Shown here: one piece after another, positions 7,323 to 15,712 of the stretch
Position numbering within the stretch: the first letter of the stretch is position 1
Layout: each line of letters starts with the position of its first letter
Assembly (NCBI GenBank): GCA_964445905.1
Contig: CAYUNN010000003.1
Location: 899-64,898, forward strand
Source: an uncultured Candidatus Saccharibacteria bacterium
GTDB lineage: Bacteria > Patescibacteriota > Minisyncoccia > Minisyncoccales > JAGGXC01
DNA length: 64,000 nucleotides
Reading direction: 5' to 3'
Made by a program: the position numbers and the translations under genes
The notes under the pieces: model-generated
The model's database searches: none
Seen by the model: the letters and a program-made list of their open reading frames with translations, nothing else
Told to the model about the DNA's origin: nothing

Positions 7323-8006
7323 TTACCAGTTTTTTTCTTTGAAGTCAATCTCAATTCCTCTAGCAACAGCTATTCCCCAAACCTCTTTTGTTCCATTCTC
7401 CTTTAAGGTTTTAGCTGCTTTTTTCATGGGCAAACCCTCTTTATATAGACCAGTAACGAGAAATACTTTTTTATCTTTAATTTCTTTTTTTTGTTCAGTT
7501 AAAAAATAATTACCTCTATTATTTTTTTTAAGACAGTTAATTGAAGGAATTTGGAGAGAAAAAGAAAGATTCTTTGCTATTTCATTATTTGGATTATATC
7601 CTATTTTCTTCCTTTTCTTTTTATTAATAGGAAGAGGAATTATTACCTTGTCTTTAAAAAAATTTTCCTCTTTTTCTAATAATAAAAAATGGTCTATAAT
7701 TAAATTAGATAAAGGATAAGCTAAATCTTTAATATATGGTTTGTTTCTGAAATGATTGATTAACTTTTTGACTAATGTTTTTTGATAGGAGAGAGGAAAG
7801 TATAATCCATCTAAATAATGAGATTGACAATCTTTGCACTTGCCATCTTTTAATATAATTTTTGGTTTACGACAGAGACAGAATATATTTTCTGAAATTT
7901 CTAAACAGGCCTTACAGTCCGAGCAAAGATATTCTCCTTCTCTATCGCAGCTAAGACAAAATTTTGGAAAGAATATGTCAAGAAGGGTTTCTTTTATATT
8001 GTTCAT
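7323..8006 (-). CDS. comFC: ComF family protein (ComFC-like, Zn-finger plus degenerate phosphoribosyltransferase domain)
   Basis: N-terminal FFPKFCLSCDREGEYLCSDCKACL four-Cys motif. C-terminal PRTase-like segment KKVFLVTGLYKEGLPMKKAAKTLKENG..VWGIAVAR. Confidence 0.75.
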   Translation of the reverse strand: MNNIKETLLDIFFPKFCLSCDREGEYLCSDCKACLEISENIFCLCRKPKIILKDGKCKDCQSHYLDGLYFPLSYQKTLVKKLINHFRNKPYIKDLAYPLSNLIIDHFLLLEKEENFFKDKVIIPLPINKKKRKKIGYNPNNEIAKNLSFSLQIPSINCLKKNNRGNYFLTEQKKEIKDKKVFLVTGLYKEGLPMKKAAKTLKENGTKEVWGIAVARGIEIDFKEKNW

Positions 8007-8026
8007 TTTTATTTCTAATTTTACTT

Positions 8027-8054
8027 TTGTTTATTTTAATTAAAATAGTATAAT
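8027..8054 (+). promoter_or_regulatory. Candidate promoter of the pilM operon (TTGTTT -16 nt- TATAAT), -10 ends 7 nt before the ATG
   Basis: TATAAT at 8049-8054, ATG at 8062. No Shine-Dalgarno sequence in between. Confidence 0.4.
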
Positions 8055-8061
8055 AAAATCA

Positions 8062-9123
8062 ATGATTAAACTTCCGTTTAGCAAAGCAATTAAAAAAACG
8101 ATTGTCGGGATTGATATCGGAGTTTCCCTGATTAAACTAGTAGAAATTTCTAGAAGAAGAGGCAAAATTGAGCTTAATAATTACGGACACATATCGGCTT
8201 CTGCTATTTATCAAAAACCTTTTCAATCTTTTGAAGAAGGTAGTTTTATGGTTTCTTCGCCCGACGTTTCAAAGATTATTAAGTCAATATTAAAAGAAAC
8301 AGGGATTAAAACAAAAGAAGCTGTTTTTACTATTCCTGATTTCTCTACTTTTTCTACTAGTTTTGATTTACCTCAAATGACTGAAAATGAATTTCAAAGT
8401 GCCATTGAATTTGAGGCTAGGCGTCATATTCCTATTCCTGTCTCCGAAGTTTCTCTTGATCATTTTATAACAGATGGTCAGCCCGGGAGAAAAGGAGATG
8501 GCATGAAAGTTTTGCTTATCGCTGTTCCCAATGAAATAATTGATCAGTATAAAAAAATTTCTGAAGAATCAGGACTAGAGCTCAAGTTTTTAGAAGCGGA
8601 AGCTTTTAGTTTGACCAGGGCCTTAGCAAAGGATTATAAAGACCCTATCTGTCTTCTAGATTCTGGAGCACAAAGTACAACAATTAATATTGTGGATAAA
8701 GGTAGGTTAAAGATGAGTTTTAGTTCAGATATTGCTGGTAATAATTTTACTCATGCAATTAAAAATTCATTGTCTACAGATTTTCAAAAAGCAGAATTTT
8801 TTAAAAAAAAGCATGGGCTTAATTCGGAAGAAGTAAAAGGAAGTTTGCTCCCTTTGGTTAATTTGATTATAATAGAAGTAGAAAAGATTTTTAAAGATTA
8901 CTATAAATCAGAACAAAAAGAGATTAAGAAAATAATTTTGTCTGGTGGTTCTTCTGGTCTTCCGGGACTGAAAGAGTATATCAGTTCTCATTTTAAAAAA
9001 GATATAGAAATGGCCAATCCTTTTTTTAATTTTTCTTATCCTAAAGTATTAGAAGAGGAATTGAAAAGAATTGGTCCTTCGTTTTCCGTTGCTGTAGGAG
9101 CAGCCTTAAGAAATTTAGAGTAA
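8062..9123 (+). CDS. pilM: Type IV pilus assembly protein PilM (actin-like ATPase fold)
   Basis: VGIDIGVSLIKLVEI phosphate-1-like motif, LLDSGAQSTTINIV, and ILSGGSSGLPGLKEY near the C-terminus. First gene of the pilMNO-pilB operon. Confidence 0.85.
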   Translation: MIKLPFSKAIKKTIVGIDIGVSLIKLVEISRRRGKIELNNYGHISASAIYQKPFQSFEEGSFMVSSPDVSKIIKSILKETGIKTKEAVFTIPDFSTFSTSFDLPQMTENEFQSAIEFEARRHIPIPVSEVSLDHFITDGQPGRKGDGMKVLLIAVPNEIIDQYKKISEESGLELKFLEAEAFSLTRALAKDYKDPICLLDSGAQSTTINIVDKGRLKMSFSSDIAGNNFTHAIKNSLSTDFQKAEFFKKKHGLNSEEVKGSLLPLVNLIIIEVEKIFKDYYKSEQKEIKKIILSGGSSGLPGLKEYISSHFKKDIEMANPFFNFSYPKVLEEELKRIGPSFSVAVGAALRNLE

Positions 9124-9145
9124 TTTTTATTCTTAAATTAATTTT

Positions 9146-9691
9146 ATGGTAGAAATAATTCCCAAAAAAGAAGTAAAAAAAAGAAGGGTTCACAAAATAA
9201 TTTTTGCCTTTTCTTTTTTAATTCTGATGATTGTTGTGAGCTCTTATTTCATTATATTTTTTATTGGAAGAGAGAGAGAAGAAGAAAGAGATATTTTAAA
9301 AGAAAAAATTTTTCAGCAAGATGTTAAAGAAATAAACACTTTAAAGGCAAAACTTACTCGGTATCAAACAAAAATTAATGATTTCAAGTTTTTGGTTGAA
9401 GATCATCGATATCCAACTCAATTCTTCCTTTTTTTAGAGAAAAATACTCATACTTCAGTGAATTGGAGCAGCATGGTTTTGAATATAGGAAATCGTAAAC
9501 TTAATTTAAAAGGAGAAGCTGTTGATTTTACAGCGATAATAGAGCAGCTTCTTATTCTTCAGAGAGCAGATGGTGTAAGTGACGTGCAGTTGGCAAATAT
9601 GAATATTTTAAAAGAAAAACAAGAAGGGGAGACAGAAGGAATTGAATTTGAATTAAATATTACTTTGAAGTCCGAAGTTTTTTCTAATTAG
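9146..9691 (+). CDS. pilN: PilN-like pilus alignment protein
   Basis: Short cytoplasmic N-terminus MVEIIPKKE, one TM and a coiled coil. Position immediately after pilM. Confidence 0.75.
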   Translation: MVEIIPKKEVKKRRVHKIIFAFSFLILMIVVSSYFIIFFIGREREEERDILKEKIFQQDVKEINTLKAKLTRYQTKINDFKFLVEDHRYPTQFFLFLEKNTHTSVNWSSMVLNIGNRKLNLKGEAVDFTAIIEQLLILQRADGVSDVQLANMNILKEKQEGETEGIEFELNITLKSEVFSN

Positions 9692-9697
9692 CTTAAC

Positions 9698-10216
9698 ATG
9701 AAAAATTCTTTATATATTTTTAGTATTATATTTGTTGCCGGAGCAGTAATTGCTGGCTTTTTTCTGGTTTTGCCTAGATATAGGGATTTTGTTACTGCCA
9801 ATGCTGAAATAGAAATGATTGAAGAAAGAATTCGAGAAAGAGACAATTATTTGCAGGATCTAAAAACTATAGATAAAAAATTAAACGATTATCAAAATGA
9901 ATTGAAATTAATTGACGCAGCTCTTTATAGCGATCCCTGGCTTCCTCATCTATATAATTACTTTATTGATTTATCCATTAAGAGGGGGATAATTTTAAAT
10001 GATATTAAGGGTAATGTTTTGGCAAAGGAAACCGGTTCAAATTTTAGAAGAATATCATTGTCTATTGAAGGTAGTGGGGATTATAGTTCCTTTAAAAATT
10101 TTTTAACTAGCATTGAAAATTCATCAAGAATTTTTGATGTTAATAACATAAATCTCAGAATCGCCGATGATTTTAATTTGGCTTTTTCAATAAATCTAAC
10201 AACTAGATCTTATTAG
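9698..10216 (+). CDS. pilO: PilO-like pilus alignment protein
   Basis: N-terminal TM, coiled coil and C-terminal ferredoxin-like segment. Position after pilN. Confidence 0.75.
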   Translation: MKNSLYIFSIIFVAGAVIAGFFLVLPRYRDFVTANAEIEMIEERIRERDNYLQDLKTIDKKLNDYQNELKLIDAALYSDPWLPHLYNYFIDLSIKRGIILNDIKGNVLAKETGSNFRRISLSIEGSGDYSSFKNFLTSIENSSRIFDVNNINLRIADDFNLAFSINLTTRSY

Positions 10217-10221
10217 AGAAC

Positions 10222-10500
10222 ATGAAAATTAATTTTTCAAATAAAAAATACCAAAAATACCTTATTATTGTTTTTACATTTTTAATTATTATTATAGGAT
10301 TTGTTTTTTACTATGATCTGATCGTTGAAAAGCTTGATATAAGACCGGATATTTCTTTGCCTCCCGAGCTTTTTCCTGAAATTAGAATTGATTTTCAGGT
10401 TTTTAACTTTCCCATTCTTCGGAAATTAGAACCATTCCCCGATCTTCCTTCTTATCCAGAAGATATTAAAATTGGCAGGCAGAATCCTTTTGCTAGATAA
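10222..10500 (+). CDS. Small single-pass membrane protein in the PilP position
   Basis: 92 aa with TM LIIVFTFLIIIIGFVFYY. C-terminal RKLEPF..IGRQNPF is shared with 5612-5881. Contains no Cys, so it is not a lipoprotein. Confidence 0.65.
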   Translation: MKINFSNKKYQKYLIIVFTFLIIIIGFVFYYDLIVEKLDIRPDISLPPELFPEIRIDFQVFNFPILRKLEPFPDLPSYPEDIKIGRQNPFAR

Positions 10501-10505
10501 AAAAC

Positions 10506-12242
10506 ATGATCAATCTAACTCAACAATTAGTTAAGAAAGGAACAATTAGCAAGAAGGAAGCTGGTTTAATAGAGGAAAAAATAAAAACCTCTGGCAAAAG
10601 AGAAGAAGAAATTTTATTGGCGGAAAATATTGTTCCTGAAGATGTTTTGTTTAATTTAAAAAGTGAAAAACTTAAAATTCCTATAAAGGAACCCTCTTTG
10701 ACTGATATTTCTGCTAATGTTTTGAGTTTTATTCCAGAGGATTCCGCTAAGTTTTACAACATGGTTCCTTTGGAAAAAATAGGGGAAATTCTAGAAGTTG
10801 GAATGGTTTACCCCGAAGACTTGAAATCCAGGGAGGCTCTGAAATTTTTATCCCGCAGACAAAAAATATCCTATAGGATATTTTTGATTACTCCCGGTTT
10901 TCACGATAAAGTTTTAAAAAAGTATAGAACTTTACGAAAAGAGGTAGGTCAGGCGTTAGAAGAATTAGAGACAGAGATTGAAACAGAAAAAGAAAAGAAA
11001 GGCAGAGTTACTCAGGAAGAAGTTGAAAGATTGGTAGAAGAAGCTCCTATCTCTAAAATAGTGGCAGTTATGTTGAGACATGCGGTAGACGGAAAGGCCT
11101 CTGATATTCATATTGAGCCTACTAGAGAAAAATTAAGAGTCAGATTTAGGCTAGATGGAGTGTTGCATTCCTCAATATTTTTACCTCCAAGGATTCACCC
11201 GGCAGTTATTGCTAGGATTAAAATTATTTCAAAACTTAAACTCGATGAAACAAGAGTTCCTCAGGACGGAAGATTTTCTACTCAGGTCGGAGAAAGCATA
11301 ATTGATTTTAGGGTTTCTACGCTTCCCACTAGTCTTGGCGAAAAAGTAGCCATCCGTGTTCTAGATCCGGATGTAGGCATGAAAACTTTCAAAGACCTAG
11401 GACTAGAAGGTAAAAATGCTAAAATAGTAGAAGAAGGAATTAGCAAACCTTTTGGATCTATTTTAGTCACTGGACCTACTGGATCTGGTAAAACTACTAC
11501 TCTTTATGCAATTATTCAAACTCTGAACAAAGAAGGAGTAAATATTATTACTCTTGAGGATCCCATAGAGTATTATCTATCTGGAATTAATCAGTCTCAG
11601 ATGAGGCCTGAGATTGGCTATACTTTTGCTAACGGCTTGAGACATGTTTTAAGACAAGATCCAGATATTATTATGGTTGGAGAGATTAGAGACCAAGAAA
11701 CTGCTTCTCTGTCTGTTCATGCTTCTTTGACGGGCCATATTGTTTTATCTACTTTGCACACTAACAATGCAACAGGGGTTATTCCAAGATTGGTTGATTT
11801 GGGAATAGAAAGTTATTTGGTTGGACCAACATTGAATGTGGCAATAGCTCAAAGATTGGTAAGGAAGCTTTGTCCTCATTGCAGAAAAAAAGTGGAAGTC
11901 AAAGGTGAAATCGAAAAGATGATTTTAAAAGAGATTGAAAAGATGCCTCCAGACATTAAAAAAGAAAGGAAGATAAAAGAAAAGCCACCCTTTTACGTCT
12001 ACGCTCCTCAGGGCTGTAAAAAATGCAGGAATCAAGGTTACAGTGGCAGAGTAGCGGTTTTCGAAGCTTTAAAGATGACAGAAAAATTGGCAGAAATAAT
12101 ATCTACCGACTTTTCAGAGTCAGCAATTATTAAAGAAGCAAAGCGTCAGGGCATGATAACAATGAGACAAGACGGGATTATAAAGGCCTTTACTGGGTTG
12201 ACTTCCATGGAAGAAATTTTAAGAGTTACAGCTGAAGCTTAA
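10506..12242 (+). CDS. pilB: Type IV pilus assembly ATPase PilB (GspE family)
   Basis: Walker A GPTGSGKTTT, Walker B DPDIIMVGEIRD, His box TGHIVLSTLHTN, tetra-Cys CPHC..CKKC, and an N-terminal GspE_N-like domain. Confidence 0.95.
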   Translation: MINLTQQLVKKGTISKKEAGLIEEKIKTSGKREEEILLAENIVPEDVLFNLKSEKLKIPIKEPSLTDISANVLSFIPEDSAKFYNMVPLEKIGEILEVGMVYPEDLKSREALKFLSRRQKISYRIFLITPGFHDKVLKKYRTLRKEVGQALEELETEIETEKEKKGRVTQEEVERLVEEAPISKIVAVMLRHAVDGKASDIHIEPTREKLRVRFRLDGVLHSSIFLPPRIHPAVIARIKIISKLKLDETRVPQDGRFSTQVGESIIDFRVSTLPTSLGEKVAIRVLDPDVGMKTFKDLGLEGKNAKIVEEGISKPFGSILVTGPTGSGKTTTLYAIIQTLNKEGVNIITLEDPIEYYLSGINQSQMRPEIGYTFANGLRHVLRQDPDIIMVGEIRDQETASLSVHASLTGHIVLSTLHTNNATGVIPRLVDLGIESYLVGPTLNVAIAQRLVRKLCPHCRKKVEVKGEIEKMILKEIEKMPPDIKKERKIKEKPPFYVYAPQGCKKCRNQGYSGRVAVFEALKMTEKLAEIISTDFSESAIIKEAKRQGMITMRQDGIIKAFTGLTSMEEILRVTAEA

Positions 12243-12264
12243 AATTAAATTAATCATTAATAAT

Positions 12265-12639
12265 ATGAATAAAGTTCTTCTAGTTGAAGACGAGCCATAC
12301 TTAACTGACGTTTACAATACTAAACTTGAAAAATCTGGTTTCAAGATTAAGCTGGTTAATGATGGCAATAAAGTTATAGAGGCTTTGGAAGAATTTAAAC
12401 CAGACATTTTACTTTTAGACATAGTTTTACCAAACGTAGACGGTTGGGAAGTTTTAAAAAAAATCGAAAAAAAAGAAGAATTTAAGAAACTGCCAATAAT
12501 TATCCTTTCTAATCTCGGTCAAAAACAGGAAGTAATGAAGGGATTAAATCTTGGAGCTACTAAATATTTAATTAAAGCTCACTATACTCCGACAGAAATA
12601 GTAGCAGAGATAAAAAAAATATTAAACAAAGATGAATAA
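12265..12639 (+). CDS. Single-domain response regulator (CheY-like receiver only)
   Basis: VLLVEDEP acidic pocket, phospho-acceptor context DILLLDIVLPNVDG, ILSNLG, and K in YLIKAHYTP. 124 aa with no output domain. Confidence 0.9.
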   Translation: MNKVLLVEDEPYLTDVYNTKLEKSGFKIKLVNDGNKVIEALEEFKPDILLLDIVLPNVDGWEVLKKIEKKEEFKKLPIIILSNLGQKQEVMKGLNLGATKYLIKAHYTPTEIVAEIKKILNKDE

Positions 12640-13705
12640 AGATTATAAAACGCAATTAGACGATCTGTTATTTTGGGCAATTAAGTCTCAGGCTTCGGAT
12701 CTTCATATCTCAACAGGGCACCCCCCGGTCTTAAGAATATCAGGAGCCCTTTCTCCTTTAATTGAAAAAAAGGAATTAACCCCTGAAGATACAAAAGGAA
12801 TAGCTTTTTCTTTTATAAACGAAAAACAAAAAGAGATTCTTTTGAGAGAAAAAGAAGTTGATTTTTCATATAATTTCGAAGATAAGTCAAGGTTTAGGGT
12901 TAATGTTTTTTTCCAAAAAGATGGGATTAGTGTTGCTTTAAGGCTTATACCTCAAAAAATTCCTACATTAGAAGAGTTAAGTCTTCCCACTAGCCTTAGA
13001 AAATTTACCAAGCCTAATCAGGGTTTTGTTTTGATGACGGGTCCAAGCAGCCATGGCAAATCTACTACCCTGGCTAGCTTATTAGAAGAAATAAATGAAA
13101 ATAGAGCCGATCACATAATTACCATTGAAGATCCTATCGAATATACTTTTACAGACAAAAAGTGCATTATTGATCAGAGAGAAGTTCATCAACACACCCA
13201 TAGTTTTCCTAAAGCTTTAAGGTCTGCTTTTAGGCAAGATCCAGACGTAATTATGGTGGGTGAAATGAGAGATCCTGAAACTATTGCTACCGCCATTACT
13301 GCTGCTGAAACCGGTCATTTAGTTTTTGCTACTCTCCATACTAATTCTGCTTCACAGACTATTCATAGAATTGTAGATAGCTTTCCTTCGGCCCAGCAAA
13401 ATCAAGTCAGATCTCAATTATCTAGTTCGCTTCTTGGAGTAATTTCTCAAAGATTGATTCCTAGATTGAGAGGAGGGCTTATTCCTGCTTGTGAAATAAT
13501 GATTGCAAATCCTGCGGTATCAAGCTTAATCAGAGACGGCAAGATTCATGAATTACCCTTAGTGATTGAAACTTCTGCTGACGAAGGAATGATTTCTTTA
13601 AATAGATCCTTAGCGGGACTCATTAAAAAAGGAGAAATTTCTATAAAGAGTGCTTTAAATTATTCAACAAGCCCAACAGAGTTAAGGGCTTTAACCAGAA
13701 GCTAA
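12632..13705 (+). CDS. pilT: Twitching motility / pilus retraction ATPase PilT
   Basis: ASDLHI, Walker A GPSSHGKSTT, DPDVIMVGEMRD, TGHLVFATLHTNSA. Overlaps the receiver gene by 8 nt. Confidence 0.95.
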   Translation: MNKDYKTQLDDLLFWAIKSQASDLHISTGHPPVLRISGALSPLIEKKELTPEDTKGIAFSFINEKQKEILLREKEVDFSYNFEDKSRFRVNVFFQKDGISVALRLIPQKIPTLEELSLPTSLRKFTKPNQGFVLMTGPSSHGKSTTLASLLEEINENRADHIITIEDPIEYTFTDKKCIIDQREVHQHTHSFPKALRSAFRQDPDVIMVGEMRDPETIATAITAAETGHLVFATLHTNSASQTIHRIVDSFPSAQQNQVRSQLSSSLLGVISQRLIPRLRGGLIPACEIMIANPAVSSLIRDGKIHELPLVIETSADEGMISLNRSLAGLIKKGEISIKSALNYSTSPTELRALTRS

Positions 13706-13706
13706 T

Positions 13707-14918
13707 ATGAGATTTAATTATCAAGCTAGAAGTAAAAACGGAAGAGTTAGGACGGGGGTAGTAGAAGCTTCTTCTAAAGAAAGCGCGGTTACTTTATTGC
13801 AAAGGCACGATCTTTATGTCACTCAGCTAGAAGAAGAAGAAAAGAAACCTCTTTACGCCAAAGATATTGGAATTGGTGGTGACGCTGGGCTAAAGGAAAC
13901 AGTTGCTTTTTCTCGTCAGCTTTCAATTATGTTTCAATCAAAAGTGCCTCTTATTGAGGCCCTGGCGACCCTGGCGGAACAACAGGAAAAACCAAAATTT
14001 AAAGAAAAGCTTACGAAAATATCAGAAAGCATTGAGGGAGGAATTTCTTTTTCCCAGTCTTTATCAGAATACCCAAAAATATTTGATGATTTTTACGTTA
14101 ACATGGTTAAAGCTGGAGAAGCTTCTGGTAAGCTATCTGAATCTTTAAATTATTTAGCTGATCATCTAGAAAAAGAATATGAGCTTAGATCAAAAGTAAA
14201 AGGAGCAATGATGTATCCTGCTTTAATTATTGTTATGATGGTCGGAATCCTTTTTTTAATGGCTTTTTTTGTTATTCCCCAACTTACCGGCATGCTTTTG
14301 CAGACTGGGCAGGAGCTTCCCATTATAACTAGAATTATTATTGCCGGGACTGATTTCTTGAGAAGCATTCCAGGAATTATCGTTACGTTAATAATTTTTG
14401 GAGGGGGAGCCGTTTTATTTCAATTATCAAGATCGGGAGAAGGAAAAAAAAGAAGAGATAAGATAATTCTTAAGATACCTGCTTTAAACACTTTTGTTAA
14501 GCAAGTATATGTGGCTCGATTGGCGGAGAATTTATCAACTCTTATTGCTGGAGGACTGCCCATTGCCAAGGCGTTAGAAATCAGCGGATCAGTAATCGGC
14601 AATCATGTCTACGAGACAGCTATTTCTGAAACTACCAGCGGAGTAAAAAAAGGAGAAAGAATTTCTACTGGGTTGAAACTGTATCCCGAGCTTTTTCCTC
14701 CAATGTTTACTACTATGGTTTTAGTGGGAGAAAAAACAGGTACCCTTGATAGCACTTTAATGAATATAGTTAGATTCTACAAAGCAGAAGTGGAAAGAAG
14801 CCTAGAATCGCTTTTACGTATTATAGAGCCCCTTTTAATTGTTATTCTTGGTGGAGGGGTAGGAATATTGATAGCTTCGATTCTTTTACCTCTTTACTCT
14901 ACGATAACAGCTATATAA
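13707..14918 (+). CDS. pilC: Type IV pilus platform protein PilC (GspF family)
   Basis: Two T2SSF-like repeats, three TM segments, 403 aa. Position after pilT. Confidence 0.95.
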   Translation: MRFNYQARSKNGRVRTGVVEASSKESAVTLLQRHDLYVTQLEEEEKKPLYAKDIGIGGDAGLKETVAFSRQLSIMFQSKVPLIEALATLAEQQEKPKFKEKLTKISESIEGGISFSQSLSEYPKIFDDFYVNMVKAGEASGKLSESLNYLADHLEKEYELRSKVKGAMMYPALIIVMMVGILFLMAFFVIPQLTGMLLQTGQELPIITRIIIAGTDFLRSIPGIIVTLIIFGGGAVLFQLSRSGEGKKRRDKIILKIPALNTFVKQVYVARLAENLSTLIAGGLPIAKALEISGSVIGNHVYETAISETTSGVKKGERISTGLKLYPELFPPMFTTMVLVGEKTGTLDSTLMNIVRFYKAEVERSLESLLRIIEPLLIVILGGGVGILIASILLPLYSTITAI

Positions 14919-15037
14919 TTTTAGTTTTCCACAATATTTTTTACAAAAAAGTGATATTATGTATATAATACATAAAAGGTTGAAAGAAGATTTTTATTAA
15001 AAAATAAAAGGTCGAGAACAAAGAACAGTAAAATAAA

Positions 15038-15046
15038 TGGTAGAAT
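15038..15046 (+). promoter_or_regulatory. Extended -10 (TGGTAGAAT) 6 nt upstream of the major pilin ATG; candidate leaderless promoter
   Basis: TG at 15038-39, TAGAAT at 15041-46, ATG at 15053. No Shine-Dalgarno sequence. Confidence 0.4.
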
Positions 15047-15052
15047 TAAACT

Positions 15053-15520
15053 ATGATTAAAATAAATAAACAAAAAGGTTTTACCTTGATTGAATTATTG
15101 GTAGTTATTGCAATTATTGGTATTTTAGCTTCCATTGTCTTGGTTTCCTTGGGCGGAGCAAGAGAAAAAGCAAGAAATGCAAAAAGAGAGTCTGATATTA
15201 GGCAAATAAGTTTGGCCATGGAGATGGCATATGATGATTCTCAGGCGTATCCTACAATAGAAGCGCAAGCAGGAGGCGGACGGATAGACAGTGTAGACAC
15301 TACTTCTGACTATTTGAATCCCTGGCCTACTGATCCGGGAGGGGGAAGCGGAAGTTGCAATGACATTGCTGGATTAGAATATTGTGGTTATGATAATAGT
15401 GGCGACACTAGCTTGTATTGTGTTTATGCTGAATTAGAAGGGGAAGGGGGAGGATATTTTATTGCCAGCCAGAGAGGAACTGCGCATTTGACTGCTACGC
15501 CTACTAGTGCTTGTCAGTAA
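15053..15520 (+). CDS. pilA: Type IV major pilin candidate
   Basis: Short leader MIKINKQKG|FTLIELLVVIAIIGILASIVL (Glu+5). 155 aa with C-terminal Cys residues. Has its own terminator. Confidence 0.85.
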   Translation: MIKINKQKGFTLIELLVVIAIIGILASIVLVSLGGAREKARNAKRESDIRQISLAMEMAYDDSQAYPTIEAQAGGGRIDSVDTTSDYLNPWPTDPGGGSGSCNDIAGLEYCGYDNSGDTSLYCVYAELEGEGGGYFIASQRGTAHLTATPTSACQ

Positions 15521-15561
15521 TATGGTCTATCTTAGTTAGAAATTGTTTCATTTCTTGGTTT

Positions 15562-15590
15562 ACCTCGTCTTTTAGACGAGGTTTCCTTTT
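15562..15590 (+). terminator. Rho-independent terminator after the pilin gene
   Basis: ACCTCGTC (15562-69) pairs with GACGAGGT (15575-82), followed by a T-rich tail. Confidence 0.7.
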
Positions 15591-15712
15591 CTAAAAATAA
15601 TATGGCTATATAAAAATATTTGTTTCTTTTCTCAGGTTAAGATAAAATAAAAAAGAGAAGTGATTTATTATTTTATTTTTGATTACTAAAGAAAAATAAT
15701 ATTTAAGAAAGA

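Noticed and set aside
7191-7406. A 71-aa plus-strand ORF between the pilN-like gene and comFC.
   Set aside because: It is the reverse complement of tRNA-Ser(GCU) and of the comFC 3' end, and it starts with TTG. The tRNA cloverleaf explains the sequence.
8691-8699. A perfect DnaA box (TTATCCACA on the minus strand) inside pilM, considered together with the box at 23113 as a possible replication origin.
   Set aside because: These are single isolated boxes. There is no cluster, no AT-rich unwinding element pattern, and no dnaA or dnaN nearby. About one perfect box is expected by chance in 64 kb of this composition.
13903-14148. An 81-aa same-strand alternative-frame ORF inside pilC. A similar one lies at 26418-26732 inside the 905-aa gene.
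   Set aside because: Both are embedded in well-supported longer ORFs. They have no start context, and their products are low-complexity.
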